Source: Dehalococcoidia bacterium (GTDB lineage Bacteria; Chloroflexota; Dehalococcoidia; UBA2979). From it: a DNA stretch of 64,000 nucleotides. The stretch spans positions 1,600,001 to 1,664,000 of the forward strand of contig OZ253555.1 in the NCBI GenBank assembly GCA_965262725.1, read 5' to 3'. Made by a program: the position numbers and the translations under genes. Positions 1 to 11,210 of the stretch are shown here, in pieces (position 1 is the stretch's first letter; the number at the start of each line of letters is the position of its first letter). The notes under the pieces are model-generated. The model did not search any database, was not told the DNA's origin, and saw nothing but the letters and a program-made list of their open reading frames with translations.

Positions 1-1986
1 CCCGAGCACCGTGAGCGACTCGCCGCTGCCGGCGCGGCGGGCCCGGGGCATCGGGATGCTGCGCCGACCGGAGAGGTAGGCGCCGGTCAGGGAATCCGGA
101 TGCGCTGCCACCTCTGCCGGCGTGCCAGTGGCGACGACGCGCCCGCCATGCTCGCCGGCGCCCGGGCCGAGGTCGATCACGTGATCGGCGGCGCGAATCA
201 TCGCCTCGTCGTGCTCGACGACGAGCACGGTGTTGCCGAGATCGCGCAGGCGCGTGAGCGTGCGGATGAGCCGCTCGTTGTCGACCGGGTGCAGGCCGAT
301 GGAGGGCTCGTCGCAGACGTAGAGCACGCCCATCAGCGCGGAGCCGATCTGCGTCGCGAGCCGGATGCGCTGACCCTCGCCCCCGGAGAGCGAGGCGGCC
401 GCCCGGTCGAGCGTCAGGTACTCGAGCCCGACGTCGCGCAGGAAGGAGAGCCGCCCGCCGATCTCCTGCAGGATCTGGCGCGCGATCTGGCGCTCGCGCG
501 AGCCCAGCGGCGAGTCCGTCCCCCGCAGCGCCGCGATCCAGAGCGCGGCGTCGGCCACCGAGAGGGCCGCGACGTCCGTGATCGACCGGCCATCAACGGT
601 GACCGCCCGCATCTCCGTCCGGAGCCGCGCGCCGCCGCAGTCGGGGCAGGGCACGGCGACCATGTAGCGCTCGATGTCGGAGCGGACCCAGTCCGACTCG
701 GTCTCCCGGTAGCGCCGCTGCAGGTTGGTGAGGATGCCCTCCCACTGGATCTCGTAGCGGTTCCGGTGCCCGCGGCGCGTCCGGTACTCGACGGGGATGC
801 GCTCCTCGCCGCTGCCGTGCATCAGGAGGCGCCACTGCTCCGCCGTGAAGTCGGCGAGCGGCGTGTCGAGGTCGAAGCCGTGGATGGAGCCGAGCGCCTC
901 GATGCGGCGCCGGTACCAGGTGAGCGAGGTCGCCAGGCGCTGGAGCGGCACCAGGCCGCCCTGCGCGACCGAGAGCTTCCGGTTCGGTGCGACCAGATCC
1001 TCGTCGAGCTGCATCTGGACGCCGAGGCCGGTGCAGGCCGGGCAGGCGCCGTGCGGACTGTTGAAGGAGAAGTTGCGGGGCTCGATCTCACCCACAGAGT
1101 AGGGCGGGTGATCGCCGTCGGGGCAGGCGAAGTGCTCGGAGAAGGTCTGCTCCGGGCGCCCCTCGGGCGCGAAGACGAGCATTCCTTCGCCGAGGGCGAG
1201 CGCCTGCTCCGCGGAGTCCGCGACGCGTTGCCTGAGCTCGTCGCGCTCCGCACCGTCGGGCTCCGGGATCACGATGCGATCGACGACGACATCGATGTCG
1301 TGCCACTTGTAGCGGTCGAGCGCGGGGGCGTCGTCGACCTCGTGCACCTGGCCGTCGACCCGGACGCGGATGAACCCGGCCCGGCGCACGTCGTCCAGCA
1401 CCTGGCGGTGCTCGCCGCGCTTGTGGCGGATCATCGGGCCGAGCATGAGCGCCCGCGTCCCGGCCGGCTCCGTCAGGATCGCATCGACGATCTGCTGCAC
1501 CGTCTGGCGGCTAATGACCCGCCCGCAGTGGGGGCAGTGCGGGACGCCGGCCCGGGCGTAGAGCAGCCGCAGGTAGTCGTAGATTTCGGTGACCGTCGCG
1601 ACGGTCGATCGCGGGTTGCGCGAGACACCGCGCTGGTCGATCGAGATCGCGGGGGAGAGTCCCTCGATGTGATCGACGTCGGGCTTCTCCATGAGGCCGA
1701 GGAACTGGCGCGCGTACGCCGAGAGCGACTCCACGTAGCGGCGCTGACCCTCCGCGTAGATCGTGTCGAAGGCGAGGGAGGACTTCCCGGATCCGGAGAC
1801 GCCGGTGAGCACGACCAGGCGGTCACGGGGGATCTCGACCGAGATGTCGCGCAGGTTGTGCTCGCGGGCCCCCGTGACGACGATCTGGCCACGGGGCCTG
1901 GGCTCGGCGATCCCGTCGCCCGGGACCAGTGCGGCGTCGTCTCGCGGCCCCGGCCGGCCGCCGGGCGGTGCCGGCGCGCTATTCAC
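1..1986 (-). CDS. uvrA: Excinuclease ABC subunit A (5' part; runs off the left edge)
   Basis: Manual translation of the minus strand gives [62 protein letters not shown] start at 1986 follows an AAAGGAG RBS. Confidence 0.96.
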   Translation of the reverse strand, partial: MNSAPAPPGGRPGPRDDAALVPGDGIAEPRPRGQIVVTGAREHNLRDISVEIPRDRLVVLTGVSGSGKSSLAFDTIYAEGQRRYVESLSAYARQFLGLMEKPDVDHIEGLSPAISIDQRGVSRNPRSTVATVTEIYDYLRLLYARAGVPHCPHCGRVISRQTVQQIVDAILTEPAGTRALMLGPMIRHKRGEHRQVLDDVRRAGFIRVRVDGQVHEVDDAPALDRYKWHDIDVVVDRIVIPEPDGAERDELRQRVADSAEQALALGEGMLVFAPEGRPEQTFSEHFACPDGDHPPYSVGEIEPRNFSFNSPHGACPACTGLGVQMQLDEDLVAPNRKLSVAQGGLVPLQRLATSLTWYRRRIEALGSIHGFDLDTPLADFTAEQWRLLMHGSGEERIPVEYRTRRGHRNRYEIQWEGILTNLQRRYRETESDWVRSDIERYMVAVPCPDCGGARLRTEMRAVTVDGRSITDVAALSVADAALWIAALRGTDSPLGSRERQIARQILQEIGGRLSFLRDVGLEYLTLDRAAASLSGGEGQRIRLATQIGSALMGVLYVCDEPSIGLHPVDNERLIRTLTRLRDLGNTVLVVEHDEAMIRAADHVIDLGPGAGEHGGRVVATGTPAEVAAHPDSLTGAYLSGRRSIPMPRARRAGSGESLTVLG

Positions 1987-2308
1987 CTCACCGCGCTCCT
2001 TTGGTGGGTGCCCCGCCGGCACGCCGGTCGCGGCGCATCGCGCCGTGCGCCGGGGTGGGCCGAGCCCGTCGTGCGCCACCGATCTGATCTCGCTGCGGAT
2101 GGGTCCCGGCCGGGGGGGAGATGCCCAGGGTTTCATGATACCCGCGGCCTCTCGGCCGCCTCAAGCAGCGACTGCTCCGCGTCGAGGCTCCGCCGGGCCA
2201 TCTGCGGGGACGCGCAGCGGGCGCGCCGGGGAGCGCCAGCGCATCACCTGAGGACATAATCCCGGGTTCTGTCCCGCTGCCGGCGACGCCTCTCGCCGAC
2301 GGGCCCGC

Positions 2309-2782
2309 CTAGGTCGGGAGGGGAGGCGGCTCTTCGGGCGGATCCCGCCGGCCGAACGCATCGCCGGGGTCGTCGGGATCCCCGGGCTCCTCATCGTCGT
2401 CTCTATTGAAGATGGGCCAGATCGCTCCCTCGGGCACGTCCTCTCCGAGCTCGGCGAGGCGCGCGCGGATCTCGCGCTCCACCTCGGCGAGCTTCGCCTC
2501 GCTGATCCCCATCTGGGTGAGTGAGGCGCGCATCAGCTCGCTCACGCGCGTGTGGTCGCCCGAGATCAACGCCTCCGCGACCTCGAGCTGCGTCTCGACC
2601 GCCCGGAAGCGGGAGCGCCGCTCCTCCTCCTCCTCTGTGCCCAGGATCGTCGCCATCAGCCGCGTGAAGAGCGTCGACGTCCGCGCGATGCGGACGCGAT
2701 CGGCCGGGTGCTCGGGGAAGTCCCCGGTCACGGCTACCTGCAGTCCCGAGCGGCTGTCGGTGGCGACGTACTGCTGGGGCAT
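2309..2782 (-). CDS. Hypothetical protein with acidic C-terminal tail
   Basis: ORF 2309..2794 has natural composition; GGAGGAG RBS precedes the ATG at 2782. Confidence 0.75.
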   Translation of the reverse strand: MPQQYVATDSRSGLQVAVTGDFPEHPADRVRIARTSTLFTRLMATILGTEEEEERRSRFRAVETQLEVAEALISGDHTRVSELMRASLTQMGISEAKLAEVEREIRARLAELGEDVPEGAIWPIFNRDDDEEPGDPDDPGDAFGRRDPPEEPPPLPT

Positions 2783-2896
2783 CCACTCCTCCAACCCGAT
2801 GCGCCCGGCGAGCGCCTGAGGGGACGACCCCCCGGTGATGCTATCGCACGGCGCGGAGTCGGGGCGCGGGGCGCCTGACGCCCCTCTCGGCCGCGA

Positions 2897-4192
2897 TCAT
2901 GCCTCGCGCAACCCCCGGGAGCGGAGCAGCAGCGTCAGGACGAGGAGGCCGCCCGTCCCGGCAGTGAGCAGCACGGCGGCCGGCGCGCCCAGCAGCTCGG
3001 CGATCACGCCGAGCGCGGCGGCCCCGAAGGGCACGGTCCCGATGGCGAGTGAGATCGCGCCCATCGCCCGGCCACGCAGGTGTCCGGGCACGGCGGTGGT
3101 CGTGACCGTCCACTGCATCGAGGCGAAGGAGCCACGGCCGAGGCCGGCGATGAGAAGGATCGGGATGGCGACGAGCCACGACGGCGAGAGCGCGACGCCG
3201 AGCACGCAGCTCGCGACGAGCAACGAGCCGGCGACGAAGAGGAAGCCCCGCCCGGCCGCAAGCCCGACGGTCGCGATTATGCCGGTCGCGACCAGCGCGC
3301 CGAGCCCGTCCATCCCGCCCAGCAGGCCCAGGACGAAGGGCCCCTGTCCCCACTCATCTCGCACGAAGACCGGCAGCAGCTGCTGGTAGGGGAAGACCAG
3401 CAGGTTCATGATCATCGAGCCGATGAGCACGCCCCGCACCGCCGGGGTGGCCCACACGACGCGCAGCCCCTCGCGAATGTCGTCGACGAGGCGGCTTCTC
3501 GGCTCTTCCCCGCGCCCCGCGGTCGGCGCGCGGGGGGACGAGTCCGCCCACGCGGCGGATGCATCCGATCGGGCGCGCCGGCCGACCGCGCGCAGCATCA
3601 GCCAGCCGCCTGCGTAGAACGCGACCAGGACGGCGTAGGCGGCCGTGGCGCCGCCGACGAGCAGGAGCAGCCCCGCGAGCCAGCGCCCGACCATCGATCC
3701 CCCGACGAGGGAGCCCGCGTCCAGCGACATGGCGTTCACGGCGAGCGCGTCCGGGACGAGATCGCGGATGTAGGCGCGCCGCACGGGGAAGTCGATGGCC
3801 CAGGCCATGCCGGCGGCGAGGGAGACGATGTAGATCTGCCACACCTGCTCGCGCCCCGCGATCAGGAGCAGCGCGAAGCTCGCCGCAGCGGCGAGGTTCA
3901 GCGTCTGCGCGGCGAGGAGGATGCGCTGCTTCGGGAGCCTGTCCGCCTGCGCGCCGGCGAGGAGGCCGAAGAGACCCATCGGCGCCATGCGCGCCGCGCC
4001 GACGAGCGAGACCGCCAGCGGGGAGTCGGTCAGCTCCAGCGCCAGCCAGCCGAGCACGATCAGGTCCAGCCACAGCGCGGCGTTCCAGAGGTGGCCCGCA
4101 TACCACAGCAGCCGCCACGACGGCACGCCCAAGGAGGCGAACGTGCGACCCCCGATGCGGGGGCGCGGCGGAAGCTCGCTGGGTGAGGGCAT
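2897..4192 (-). CDS. MFS transporter (MFS_3/H+ antiporter-like)
   Basis: About 12 hydrophobic segments, motif GAQADRLPKQRIL, C-terminal [11 protein letters not shown]. Start position is estimated. Confidence 0.9.
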   Translation of the reverse strand: MPSPSELPPRPRIGGRTFASLGVPSWRLLWYAGHLWNAALWLDLIVLGWLALELTDSPLAVSLVGAARMAPMGLFGLLAGAQADRLPKQRILLAAQTLNLAAAASFALLLIAGREQVWQIYIVSLAAGMAWAIDFPVRRAYIRDLVPDALAVNAMSLDAGSLVGGSMVGRWLAGLLLLVGGATAAYAVLVAFYAGGWLMLRAVGRRARSDASAAWADSSPRAPTAGRGEEPRSRLVDDIREGLRVVWATPAVRGVLIGSMIMNLLVFPYQQLLPVFVRDEWGQGPFVLGLLGGMDGLGALVATGIIATVGLAAGRGFLFVAGSLLVASCVLGVALSPSWLVAIPILLIAGLGRGSFASMQWTVTTTAVPGHLRGRAMGAISLAIGTVPFGAAALGVIAELLGAPAAVLLTAGTGGLLVLTLLLRSRGLREA

Positions 4193-4274
4193 CGCCCCCG
4201 ATAGTGCACCCGGGCGCGCTCGCATGCACGGCACCGCCGGACCCCTCCCGGCGGGGCTCATGGACGCCCCGGTA

Positions 4275-5273
4275 TCACCCCGAGCGCGCGAAGGTCTCGA
4301 TCAGGCTCCGGTAGTTCGCGATGTGGCGCTCGTGCGGGACCGCCTGCCGCGGCGCGAAGAGCACGACCTGGTCGAGCAGCCCCTCGTAGCGCTCGAGCTG
4401 GTCGCGCACCTCGGCGGCCGTCCCGTAGAGGCAGCAGGCCTCGAGCATGCGATCGGTCACGGCATCGGCAACGTCGTCGAGCGTTCCGTGGCGGAAGGCC
4501 TCGCGGACCTGCCCCTTCTCCTCGTCCCATCCGCTCGCGTCGAAGATGCAGTCGAAGACGCGGGGTGAGAGGTAGAAGCCGAGGTTCGCGGCGGCGTCGC
4601 GCCGGGCCCGCTCCGGGACGTCGTCGATCACGGCGATCACGTCGCTGGTGAAGTCGAAGTCCTCCGTCGTGAGCCCCCTCGCCGCCAGCCGCTCCTCGAT
4701 CACCGGTCGGACGGTCTCGCGCAGGTACGGGACACTGTTGATCGGGTGCCCGATCAGTCCGTCGGCGGCGTCGCCCGCCGCGCGCAGCGCGTGGAGGTTG
4801 ACGGCGGCGAGGTAGAGGGGCACGGGGAACTCGCACGGCGCCGGGCGCCCGGCCTGCATCTGGAAGAAGCGTCCCTCCCATCGCACCGGCTCCTCGGCCG
4901 TCAGCAGCGCGCGCAGCAGCTGGAGGAACTCGCGCATCCGCGGTGCGGCGTGCTCCGCCTGATCGCCGTGGATGCCGAAGAATCGGTTGAGCTGGGGCTT
5001 CACGCCCGAGCCGTAGCCGATGATTGCCCGCCCGCCCGAGAGCTCGGCGAGGTCGCGCGCCGACGAGGCGTGCACGACGGGATGAGCGAGAGGCTGCACG
5101 ATCGCCGCAGTCCCGAGCCGTACCCGCTCGGTGTTCACCGCGTATGCCGCGAGCCGGACATAGCCGGAGGGCTGTGCGCTCCACACGGAGTCGAGGCCCG
5201 CCGCCTCCGCCGCCCGCGCCAGCTCGACGCCCTCGCGGATCCCGAACTCAAGCGGCCCAATCCCCAGCCTCAT
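4275..5273 (-). CDS. LLM-class flavin/F420-dependent oxidoreductase
   Basis: Motifs ARAAEAAGLDSVW, TERVRLGTA, ELSGGRAIIGYG, VPLYLAA, ADG. Confidence 0.9.
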   Translation of the reverse strand: MRLGIGPLEFGIREGVELARAAEAAGLDSVWSAQPSGYVRLAAYAVNTERVRLGTAAIVQPLAHPVVHASSARDLAELSGGRAIIGYGSGVKPQLNRFFGIHGDQAEHAAPRMREFLQLLRALLTAEEPVRWEGRFFQMQAGRPAPCEFPVPLYLAAVNLHALRAAGDAADGLIGHPINSVPYLRETVRPVIEERLAARGLTTEDFDFTSDVIAVIDDVPERARRDAAANLGFYLSPRVFDCIFDASGWDEEKGQVREAFRHGTLDDVADAVTDRMLEACCLYGTAAEVRDQLERYEGLLDQVVLFAPRQAVPHERHIANYRSLIETFARSG

Positions 5274-5374
5274 CTGTCTTCCCCCACCACTGGGCGCCGG
5301 GCGCGCGCGCGGCGCCCTCGAGCGATACCACGGCGCCCGCCGCGGCGCAAACGGGGCGTTCCCCTTCGTCTATC

Positions 5375-6067
5375 ATGGCCACCGTGGAACGAGCGGATCT
5401 GCCGGAGAAGGTCGCGGAGCCCGCGTCGAGCGCGGTGCTCGTCGTCGACGTGCAGAACGACTTCGTCCACGCGGAGGGCGTGCGCGCGCCGAGCTGGCCA
5501 GACGCCGCGCACAGGGAGATGGTCGAGCGCCGCCTCCAACCATTCCTCGCCGGCGCGCGCCTGGCCGGCGCCCGGATCGTCTGGGTGGTCATGGAGCAGA
5601 CGCCCGAGACCGTGTCGGCGGCGAACGCGCGGATGAAGCGCAAGATGTACCCGCGTGGCGACGGCCCCGCCCCCGACGATGCCGACCTCTGGGCGGCTGC
5701 CGCCTGTCGCCAGGGGAGCTGGGGAGCGGAGCTCTACCTGCTCCCCGGTCCGGGGGATCTCGTGGTGCCAAAGACGCGCTACTCGGCGTTCGTGCGTACC
5801 GACCTCGAGGAGCGGCTGCGTGCCGCGGGCGTGACGAGCGTGCTCGTGACCGGCGTGGTGATGAGCCAGTGCGTCGAGTCGACGGCGCGGGATGCGTACC
5901 AGCACGACTTCGACGTGGTGCTCGTCGAGGACTGCGCCGCCGCGCGCTCCGAGGAGGAGCGGGCGGCGACCGTGCGCGCGATCGAGCAGAGCTTCGGCTG
6001 GGTGCGCCGGTCCGAGGCGTTGCTCGAGGCCTGGGGCGTGTCGAGCGAGGTAGCCGCGTCGCCCTGA
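5375..6067 (+). CDS. Isochorismatase-family cysteine hydrolase
   Basis: VVDVQNDF, KTRYSAF and CVESTARDA give the D-K-C catalytic triad. Confidence 0.92.
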   Translation: MATVERADLPEKVAEPASSAVLVVDVQNDFVHAEGVRAPSWPDAAHREMVERRLQPFLAGARLAGARIVWVVMEQTPETVSAANARMKRKMYPRGDGPAPDDADLWAAAACRQGSWGAELYLLPGPGDLVVPKTRYSAFVRTDLEERLRAAGVTSVLVTGVVMSQCVESTARDAYQHDFDVVLVEDCAAARSEEERAATVRAIEQSFGWVRRSEALLEAWGVSSEVAASP

Positions 6068-6077
6068 GCCGGGCGCC

Positions 6078-7670
6078 TCACCAGTCCACGTACGACTCGG
6101 CGAGCTTCTCCGCCACAGCGTAGACCGTCAGGTTGAGCATCCCGCGCGGAATCGTGGGCATCACGGAGGCGTCGGCGACGTAGAGATTCTCGAAGCCGCG
6201 CACCCGGCCGGTCGCGTCGACCACCGCCTCCGGCTCATCCGGAGGTCCCATCGCGCAGGTGCCGACCGCATGGAAGTAGAAGCTGAGGTGGCCGCGCACC
6301 CACTCCCGGAGCGCCGGCCCCGACACGTGCGAGCCGGGCTCAAGCTCGCGTTCGAGCCACGGGGCGACCTCCGGGTCGCGCATCCGTTCGCGCGCCCATT
6401 CGACGGCGCGCGCCAGCGCCTCGATGTCCTCCTCGGCGCCGAAGCCGTGGTCGATGTGCGGCGGATCGCGCGGGTCGGCGCTCACGATCTCGACCCGCCC
6501 GACGCTCCGCGGCTGGACGTGCCAGGCGATGAACGGGAAGACGAGATCCTCGCCGCCGTCGCCCGCCGGCCGCTCGATCGCGAGGAGCCCATCGAGATCC
6601 TGCGTCGAGGTCAGGGTGATGTCGTAGTAGGCAAACGCGGGGTCGGTGGTCAGGCGCGCCGTGACCGACCCCCGTCGCGGGCCGCCCGCCGCCTCGAGCC
6701 GGGCCCGGGTCCCGGGGACGCCCGCGACGGCGAAGCGCACGCCGTAGTGATCCAGGAGCCGGCGCCCGACGCCCGGAAGGTCGTGCAGCGCCCTCCCGTC
6801 CCCGAGTGCCCTCCCGAGGAGCCCTGCGGGCCCGATCCCGGATCGCTGCAGCAGCACGGGGCTCCCGATCGCGCCGGCCGCGAGGACGATGCGGCGGGCC
6901 TCGACGGCTTCCTCTCCGCCCGGCGCCCGCACGCGAAGCGTGCGGGCGCGGCCCTCGCTCCACTCGATAGCCTCGACCTCCGTCTCCGCGCGGATTACCA
7001 GATTGGGACGGCCGCGCGCCGCATCGAGATAGGCCGCCGCGGCATGCACGCGGCGGCCTCCGGCAGCGCTCCGCGTCATCGCCCCGTAGCCCACGGGCGC
7101 GTTCGGGCCGGCCGGGTCGACGAGCGGCAGGCCGGCTCGCTCGCACGCCCGGGCGAAGGCCTCGAGGTAGGGCGTGCGGCGGTCGATCCGCGTAACCGTC
7201 AGCGCGCCGTCGCGGCCGCGCTCGGGATCGACCGGGCCGACCGCGGCCATGCCCTCCGCCTCGCTGAGCCGCTCGACGCGCCGGAAGGCCGGCAGCAACC
7301 CCGCGAAGTCCCAGCCCGGGAGGCCGCGGGCGGCCCAGCCGTCGTAATCCTGCCTCAGGCCCCAGTTGATCCCGAGCGCGTTGATCGAGGAGGAGCCACC
7401 GACCACGCGGCCGCGCAGGTAGGGCTGCGGTCGCCCCGAGAGCGGGGCGAGGTAGCCCCAGTCGTACGCCGTCTCGTGGCCGGGCCAGCGGTCCGACGCG
7501 ATCTCCTCGGGCCACCCGCCGCCGTCGGCCGGGCCGAAGTCGGGCCCCGCCTCCAGCAGCAGCACGCGCCGTTCGGGCCGCTCGCTGAGGCGGGCGGCGA
7601 GCACGCAGCCGGCGGTCCCGGCTCCCACCACCGCCACGTCGAAGGGCTCCCCGGCCCGGTCGCTCATCAT
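6078..7670 (-). CDS. GMC-family FAD oxidoreductase (choline dehydrogenase-like)
   Basis: VVGAGTAGCVLAARLSE, RGRVVGGSSSIN, HAVGTCAMG, VADASVMP. Confidence 0.93.
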   Translation of the reverse strand: MMSDRAGEPFDVAVVGAGTAGCVLAARLSERPERRVLLLEAGPDFGPADGGGWPEEIASDRWPGHETAYDWGYLAPLSGRPQPYLRGRVVGGSSSINALGINWGLRQDYDGWAARGLPGWDFAGLLPAFRRVERLSEAEGMAAVGPVDPERGRDGALTVTRIDRRTPYLEAFARACERAGLPLVDPAGPNAPVGYGAMTRSAAGGRRVHAAAAYLDAARGRPNLVIRAETEVEAIEWSEGRARTLRVRAPGGEEAVEARRIVLAAGAIGSPVLLQRSGIGPAGLLGRALGDGRALHDLPGVGRRLLDHYGVRFAVAGVPGTRARLEAAGGPRRGSVTARLTTDPAFAYYDITLTSTQDLDGLLAIERPAGDGGEDLVFPFIAWHVQPRSVGRVEIVSADPRDPPHIDHGFGAEEDIEALARAVEWARERMRDPEVAPWLERELEPGSHVSGPALREWVRGHLSFYFHAVGTCAMGPPDEPEAVVDATGRVRGFENLYVADASVMPTIPRGMLNLTVYAVAEKLAESYVDW

Positions 7671-7858
7671 CGCCCCTCAGACAGCACACGGGCGGGAGAG
7701 AGGGCGAGGGCCCGGTCTCGGGCGCGACCGCCTCGAGCGCTCAGCGGCCGCAGGGCGACACCGGACCTGCTGCCGCCATCAGGACCATGCCCCGGGGTGG
7801 CGACCCGGGGCATCCCGAGGGGATCGGCCGGCGGGCACGTCGGGATCGCGTCCGCCGC

Positions 7859-8461
7859 TCACGCGCCCCGGGGGTCGGCGCCCGCAGCGGCATCACCGCC
7901 GGACTCCCGCTCCCACCGGAGATGGATGGTCCCGACGAGGAGCGCGACGCCGGCCAGGAGCACGAGGGCGCGGGCGATGTTGCGCGCGTCCCCCGCATCG
8001 GTCGCGTTAGGGGGCAGCAGGGCGCCGAGGAGGTAGAAGGAGGAGAGGATCCCGCTCGGCGCCACGGTCGTCGAGGAGAGCAGCATGAGCAGGATGCCCG
8101 CGAGAAGAAACCCGGGCGCGATGGCGTGCCATCGTCGCGAGAGCCCGACTCCGCCCGCGACCAGGACGATCGCCAGCCCGAGGTGGATGCTTCCCACGAC
8201 CGCGTTGTGCTGGATCAGTCCGGCGAGGCCCTCCGTGGAGTCCCCCGCCAACGCGTCGCCGAACTCGGGCTGGGTTCCGAGAAGCGCGTCGACCGCGGTG
8301 GTCACGGCGAAGACCGCCATCATCAGCACGAGTCCCAGGCTGAGCTGGACGGCTCTCAGTGCCAGCATGTCCGCGCCACCGAACCGGTGGGCGAGCAGGA
8401 CGGCTGCGATGATGATCCCGATCACGAATCCCGACTGAAGACCGGCAGCCTCGACACCCAT
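7859..8461 (-). CDS. Hypothetical integral membrane protein
   Basis: The 3' part of ORF 7859..8851 has about 5-6 transmembrane segments; likely ATG at 8461. Confidence 0.7.
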   Translation of the reverse strand: MGVEAAGLQSGFVIGIIIAAVLLAHRFGGADMLALRAVQLSLGLVLMMAVFAVTTAVDALLGTQPEFGDALAGDSTEGLAGLIQHNAVVGSIHLGLAIVLVAGGVGLSRRWHAIAPGFLLAGILLMLLSSTTVAPSGILSSFYLLGALLPPNATDAGDARNIARALVLLAGVALLVGTIHLRWERESGGDAAAGADPRGA

Positions 8462-8872
8462 TGCCCACCCCTCCGCGCGGTTCCGCGGCAGCATACCGCC
8501 AGACCGGGCGGGGGGCCTCGGTCCGGACGCCCTGTTCGAACTCGCCTCGCGGGCAGGTGCCCTCGCCGTGCCGGCTGGACCGGGACGATGCCCGCGCGGC
8601 GGTTGTTCGTGCGGCCGAACTCTCCTCGCCGCGTGCAGCAGCGCAGCGTCGGGGAAGCGTAGGATGCGAGGACGACCGACGGCGGACCAGTGGTGTCCGG
8701 AAACAGAATGCGGGCGGGTGCCGGAGATGGAGCTGGAGCTGAACGGGGCGCGGAGCGGCCGTCCGGGCCCGGTGCCCCGGGCGCCCGGCCTCGGGGAATC
8801 TCCGGCGGGCGCCCTCCGCCGCTCGCCCCGCCCCGGCGAGCGGGAACTCACCGCCGCCCGAGGGGGTGGGGC

Positions 8873-9541
8873 ATGAGTGCCCTCTCCCGGTCGGGCTTCT
8901 TCGTGATCGTGGCTCTCCCGCTCCTCATCGTCTCCGTCGTCGCCGCCGTCATCGCCTTCCGGGTGGGTGGCGAGAGCGAGGGACCGCCGGTCACGCCCGT
9001 GACCGCGACCGTGACCGCGACTGCCACGGCAAGCGCGACACCCCCGACGCCCACCGCGTCGCCGCCCGAGACGCCCACCGCGACACCGTCCGCATCGCCC
9101 GTCGAAACGCCCACCGCGACGCCGTCTCCGCCGGCGGTGGAGGGTTCCCCCTTCTCGCTCTCCGACCTCGAGGAGGCACTCTCACCCGCGGGCATCCGGT
9201 CCACGGATCTTTACGACCCCCGATCCGCCTGCGCGGGAACGGGCGTGGAGGGCGTGCCCCTTGTCGTCGCCGGTGACGACACGGAACGCTTCGCGGTCTG
9301 GGTGCTCTGGGTCTATCCGGACAGCGAGGCGCGGAAGCGCGACTGGCGGACGGATCAGCGTGCCGAGCCGCTGCTGGCCGGCTGCGAGCCGCCCAACGGC
9401 TTCATCTACTGGAACCGCAACCTCTTGCTCTGGTTCGTCGGGTTCTACGGTGACGGCGTCACGCCCGGATCGCCGCCCCACAGCCGCGAGGAAGTGCGCC
9501 AGCACCCGATCATCCGGGCCTTCCTCTCGCTGGTCCCCTAG
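8873..9541 (+). CDS. Membrane-anchored protein with Pro/Thr-rich linker
   Basis: N-terminal TM segment, then TPTATPS repeats, then a globular C-terminal domain. Confidence 0.75.
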   Translation: MSALSRSGFFVIVALPLLIVSVVAAVIAFRVGGESEGPPVTPVTATVTATATASATPPTPTASPPETPTATPSASPVETPTATPSPPAVEGSPFSLSDLEEALSPAGIRSTDLYDPRSACAGTGVEGVPLVVAGDDTERFAVWVLWVYPDSEARKRDWRTDQRAEPLLAGCEPPNGFIYWNRNLLLWFVGFYGDGVTPGSPPHSREEVRQHPIIRAFLSLVP

Positions 9542-9849
9542 GCGTCTCAACCCGCCACGGCACGGGGCCGCCACCGGCACGCTCGGGTGAGAATGGCGCT
9601 TCATCCAGCGCCCGCCCCTCGCATCGACCGTCGCCTTCGCTTCTTCACGGCGTCCGGGAGCGCCCGCCGGACTTCCCGGGCCCCGTTCTCGAAAGCCCGT
9701 CCACCCCGCAGGCGAGGAGCGCGATCGGCTGTCGCGCGTGCAGCGTCGCTCCTTCGCCTCCCTTGTGCGACTCAACAGGCGGGCGCACGCGACCACGGCT
9801 GCCGGCCGAGCGAACTCGCGTACCATCCGCGAACCAGGGGGCTGGCACC

Positions 9850-10188
9850 GTGGCCTACGACGAGACGCTCTGCACGCGTGTGCGCGATCTGGTCGGCGAT
9901 CTCGTCGACCCCGCCGAGGTACTCGAGCGGAAGATGTTCGGCGGGGTCGCCTTCGTCGTGCGGGGCAACATGTGCTGCGGCGTCCACGGCTCCGATCTGA
10001 TCGCACGGCTCTCGCCGGAGGAGGGGGAGGCGGCTCTGGGTGAGCCCTTCGCGCGTCCAATGGACATGACCGGGCGCCCGATGCGCGGGTGGCTGCTCGT
10101 CGGGCCGGCTACCGGCTTCAGGGATGAACGGCTCGGTGGCTGGGTGCGCCGCTGCGTCGCCTACTGCCTCACGCTCGCGCCGAAGTAG
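9850..10188 (+). CDS. TfoX/Sxy N-terminal domain protein
   Basis: AYDETL...ERKMFGGVAFVVRGNMCCGV...GRPMRGWLLV. Confidence 0.88.
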   Translation: MAYDETLCTRVRDLVGDLVDPAEVLERKMFGGVAFVVRGNMCCGVHGSDLIARLSPEEGEAALGEPFARPMDMTGRPMRGWLLVGPATGFRDERLGGWVRRCVAYCLTLAPK

Positions 10189-10293
10189 CGCCGACCGAGG
10201 GGGTCGGCACCGACCGACGGCGACTGGAACCCGGATCCGGTCGCTCGATGGCGGCGAGTGCGAGTCCTCCCCGGGTGACGCGGGTCTGGGCTG

Positions 10294-10338
10294 TGGAGCG
10301 GGGGACGGGTCTCGAACCCGCGACCTTCTGCTTGGAAG
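10294..10338 (-). other. att site: 3' half of tRNA-Gly(TCC), end of the integrated element
   Basis: Minus strand reads CTTCCAAGCAGAAGGTCGCGGGTTCGAGACCCGTCCCCCGCTCCA (anticodon loop, T-arm, CCA). No 5' half lies upstream. Confidence 0.88.
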
Positions 10339-10536
10339 TCGCGCGGTTCCTCGTGCTCCCCAAACCGCTCCGTTCAGGTTCAAAATCGCCCGATTTCGCA
10401 CCCTCTGCACGGTCGAGGCAGTGGGTCGGCTCAGGCACGTCCTTCCAGTTTGGACGCAGGGTATCTGGTTTGGATGCTGATGCCAATGTGGTGGGAGTCG
10501 TTCCCGGATCGCTCTGGTCCTCTGGTTCGGCTCCCA

Positions 10537-11148
10537 TTAGCTGTGCGTCGCGAAGAGAGCGAGCTGCGAACCGGGCGTCGGCCGCACGCGCCGGACGATG
10601 AGCCGCACCGGGACGGCGTCCGGCGCGTGTGCGAACGGCGTGTAGGTCGTCTCTGAGACATCGGCGCCGCCCTCCAGCCAGTACGGAATCTCAGTCCACT
10701 CCTGCTCGGGGATCGCCTCGATGAGTCTCCGTAGCTTCGGATGCTGGCGCACCGTGACCGAGAAGCGGACATCCATCTCGCGGCAGGCAGCGACCACCGC
10801 GTGGGAGTAGAAGCCGCTGTCGGCGCGCACCGTGAGCTGCCCGTTCGCTCCGGCATCGCGGACTCGACCCACCGTCTCCTGCAAGAAGTGGGCGGCGCCC
10901 CGGCCGCTGTACGCACGACCCGAGCGCAGCCGAGCCATCGGCACGTCACCCGTCCCGGCCGCCACTGCGAGCAGCGGGTGATAGCCGCGCGCACCGGTGT
11001 AACCGGGGTGCTGCGCCCCCTCTTTGGCGAGTCCGTAGGTCTCGCACACCGTCGAATCGAGGTCGATGGTGAATGGCGCCTCGCCGGGGCCGGACCCGGC
11101 GGCCCAGGCGCGGGCGAGCAGCGCGCGACTCACGCGGTCGAGCTGGCG
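10537..11148 (-). pseudogene. IS1380-family transposase internal fragment
   Basis: TIDLDSTV, GYHPLLA and VRADSGFY motifs; both termini are missing. Confidence 0.85.
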
Positions 11149-11210
11149 AGCTCAACAGGGTCGCCTCGCCGGGAGATTGCAAAACAGCGTCGCGCGCGGA
11201 CGAGAGGGCA

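Noticed and set aside
100-2259. 719-aa plus-strand ORF, and similar long ORFs such as 6270..8036, 12242..14404, 21893..23713 and 46702..48258
   Set aside because: These are antisense shadows of real genes (uvrA, GMC, tra genes, pglZ) caused by high-GC codon bias; they carry no recognisable motifs.
10294-10370. Complete tRNA-Gly gene
   Set aside because: The sequence 5' of the anticodon loop cannot form the anticodon stem, D-arm or acceptor stem. The same applies to the tRNA-Arg fragment.
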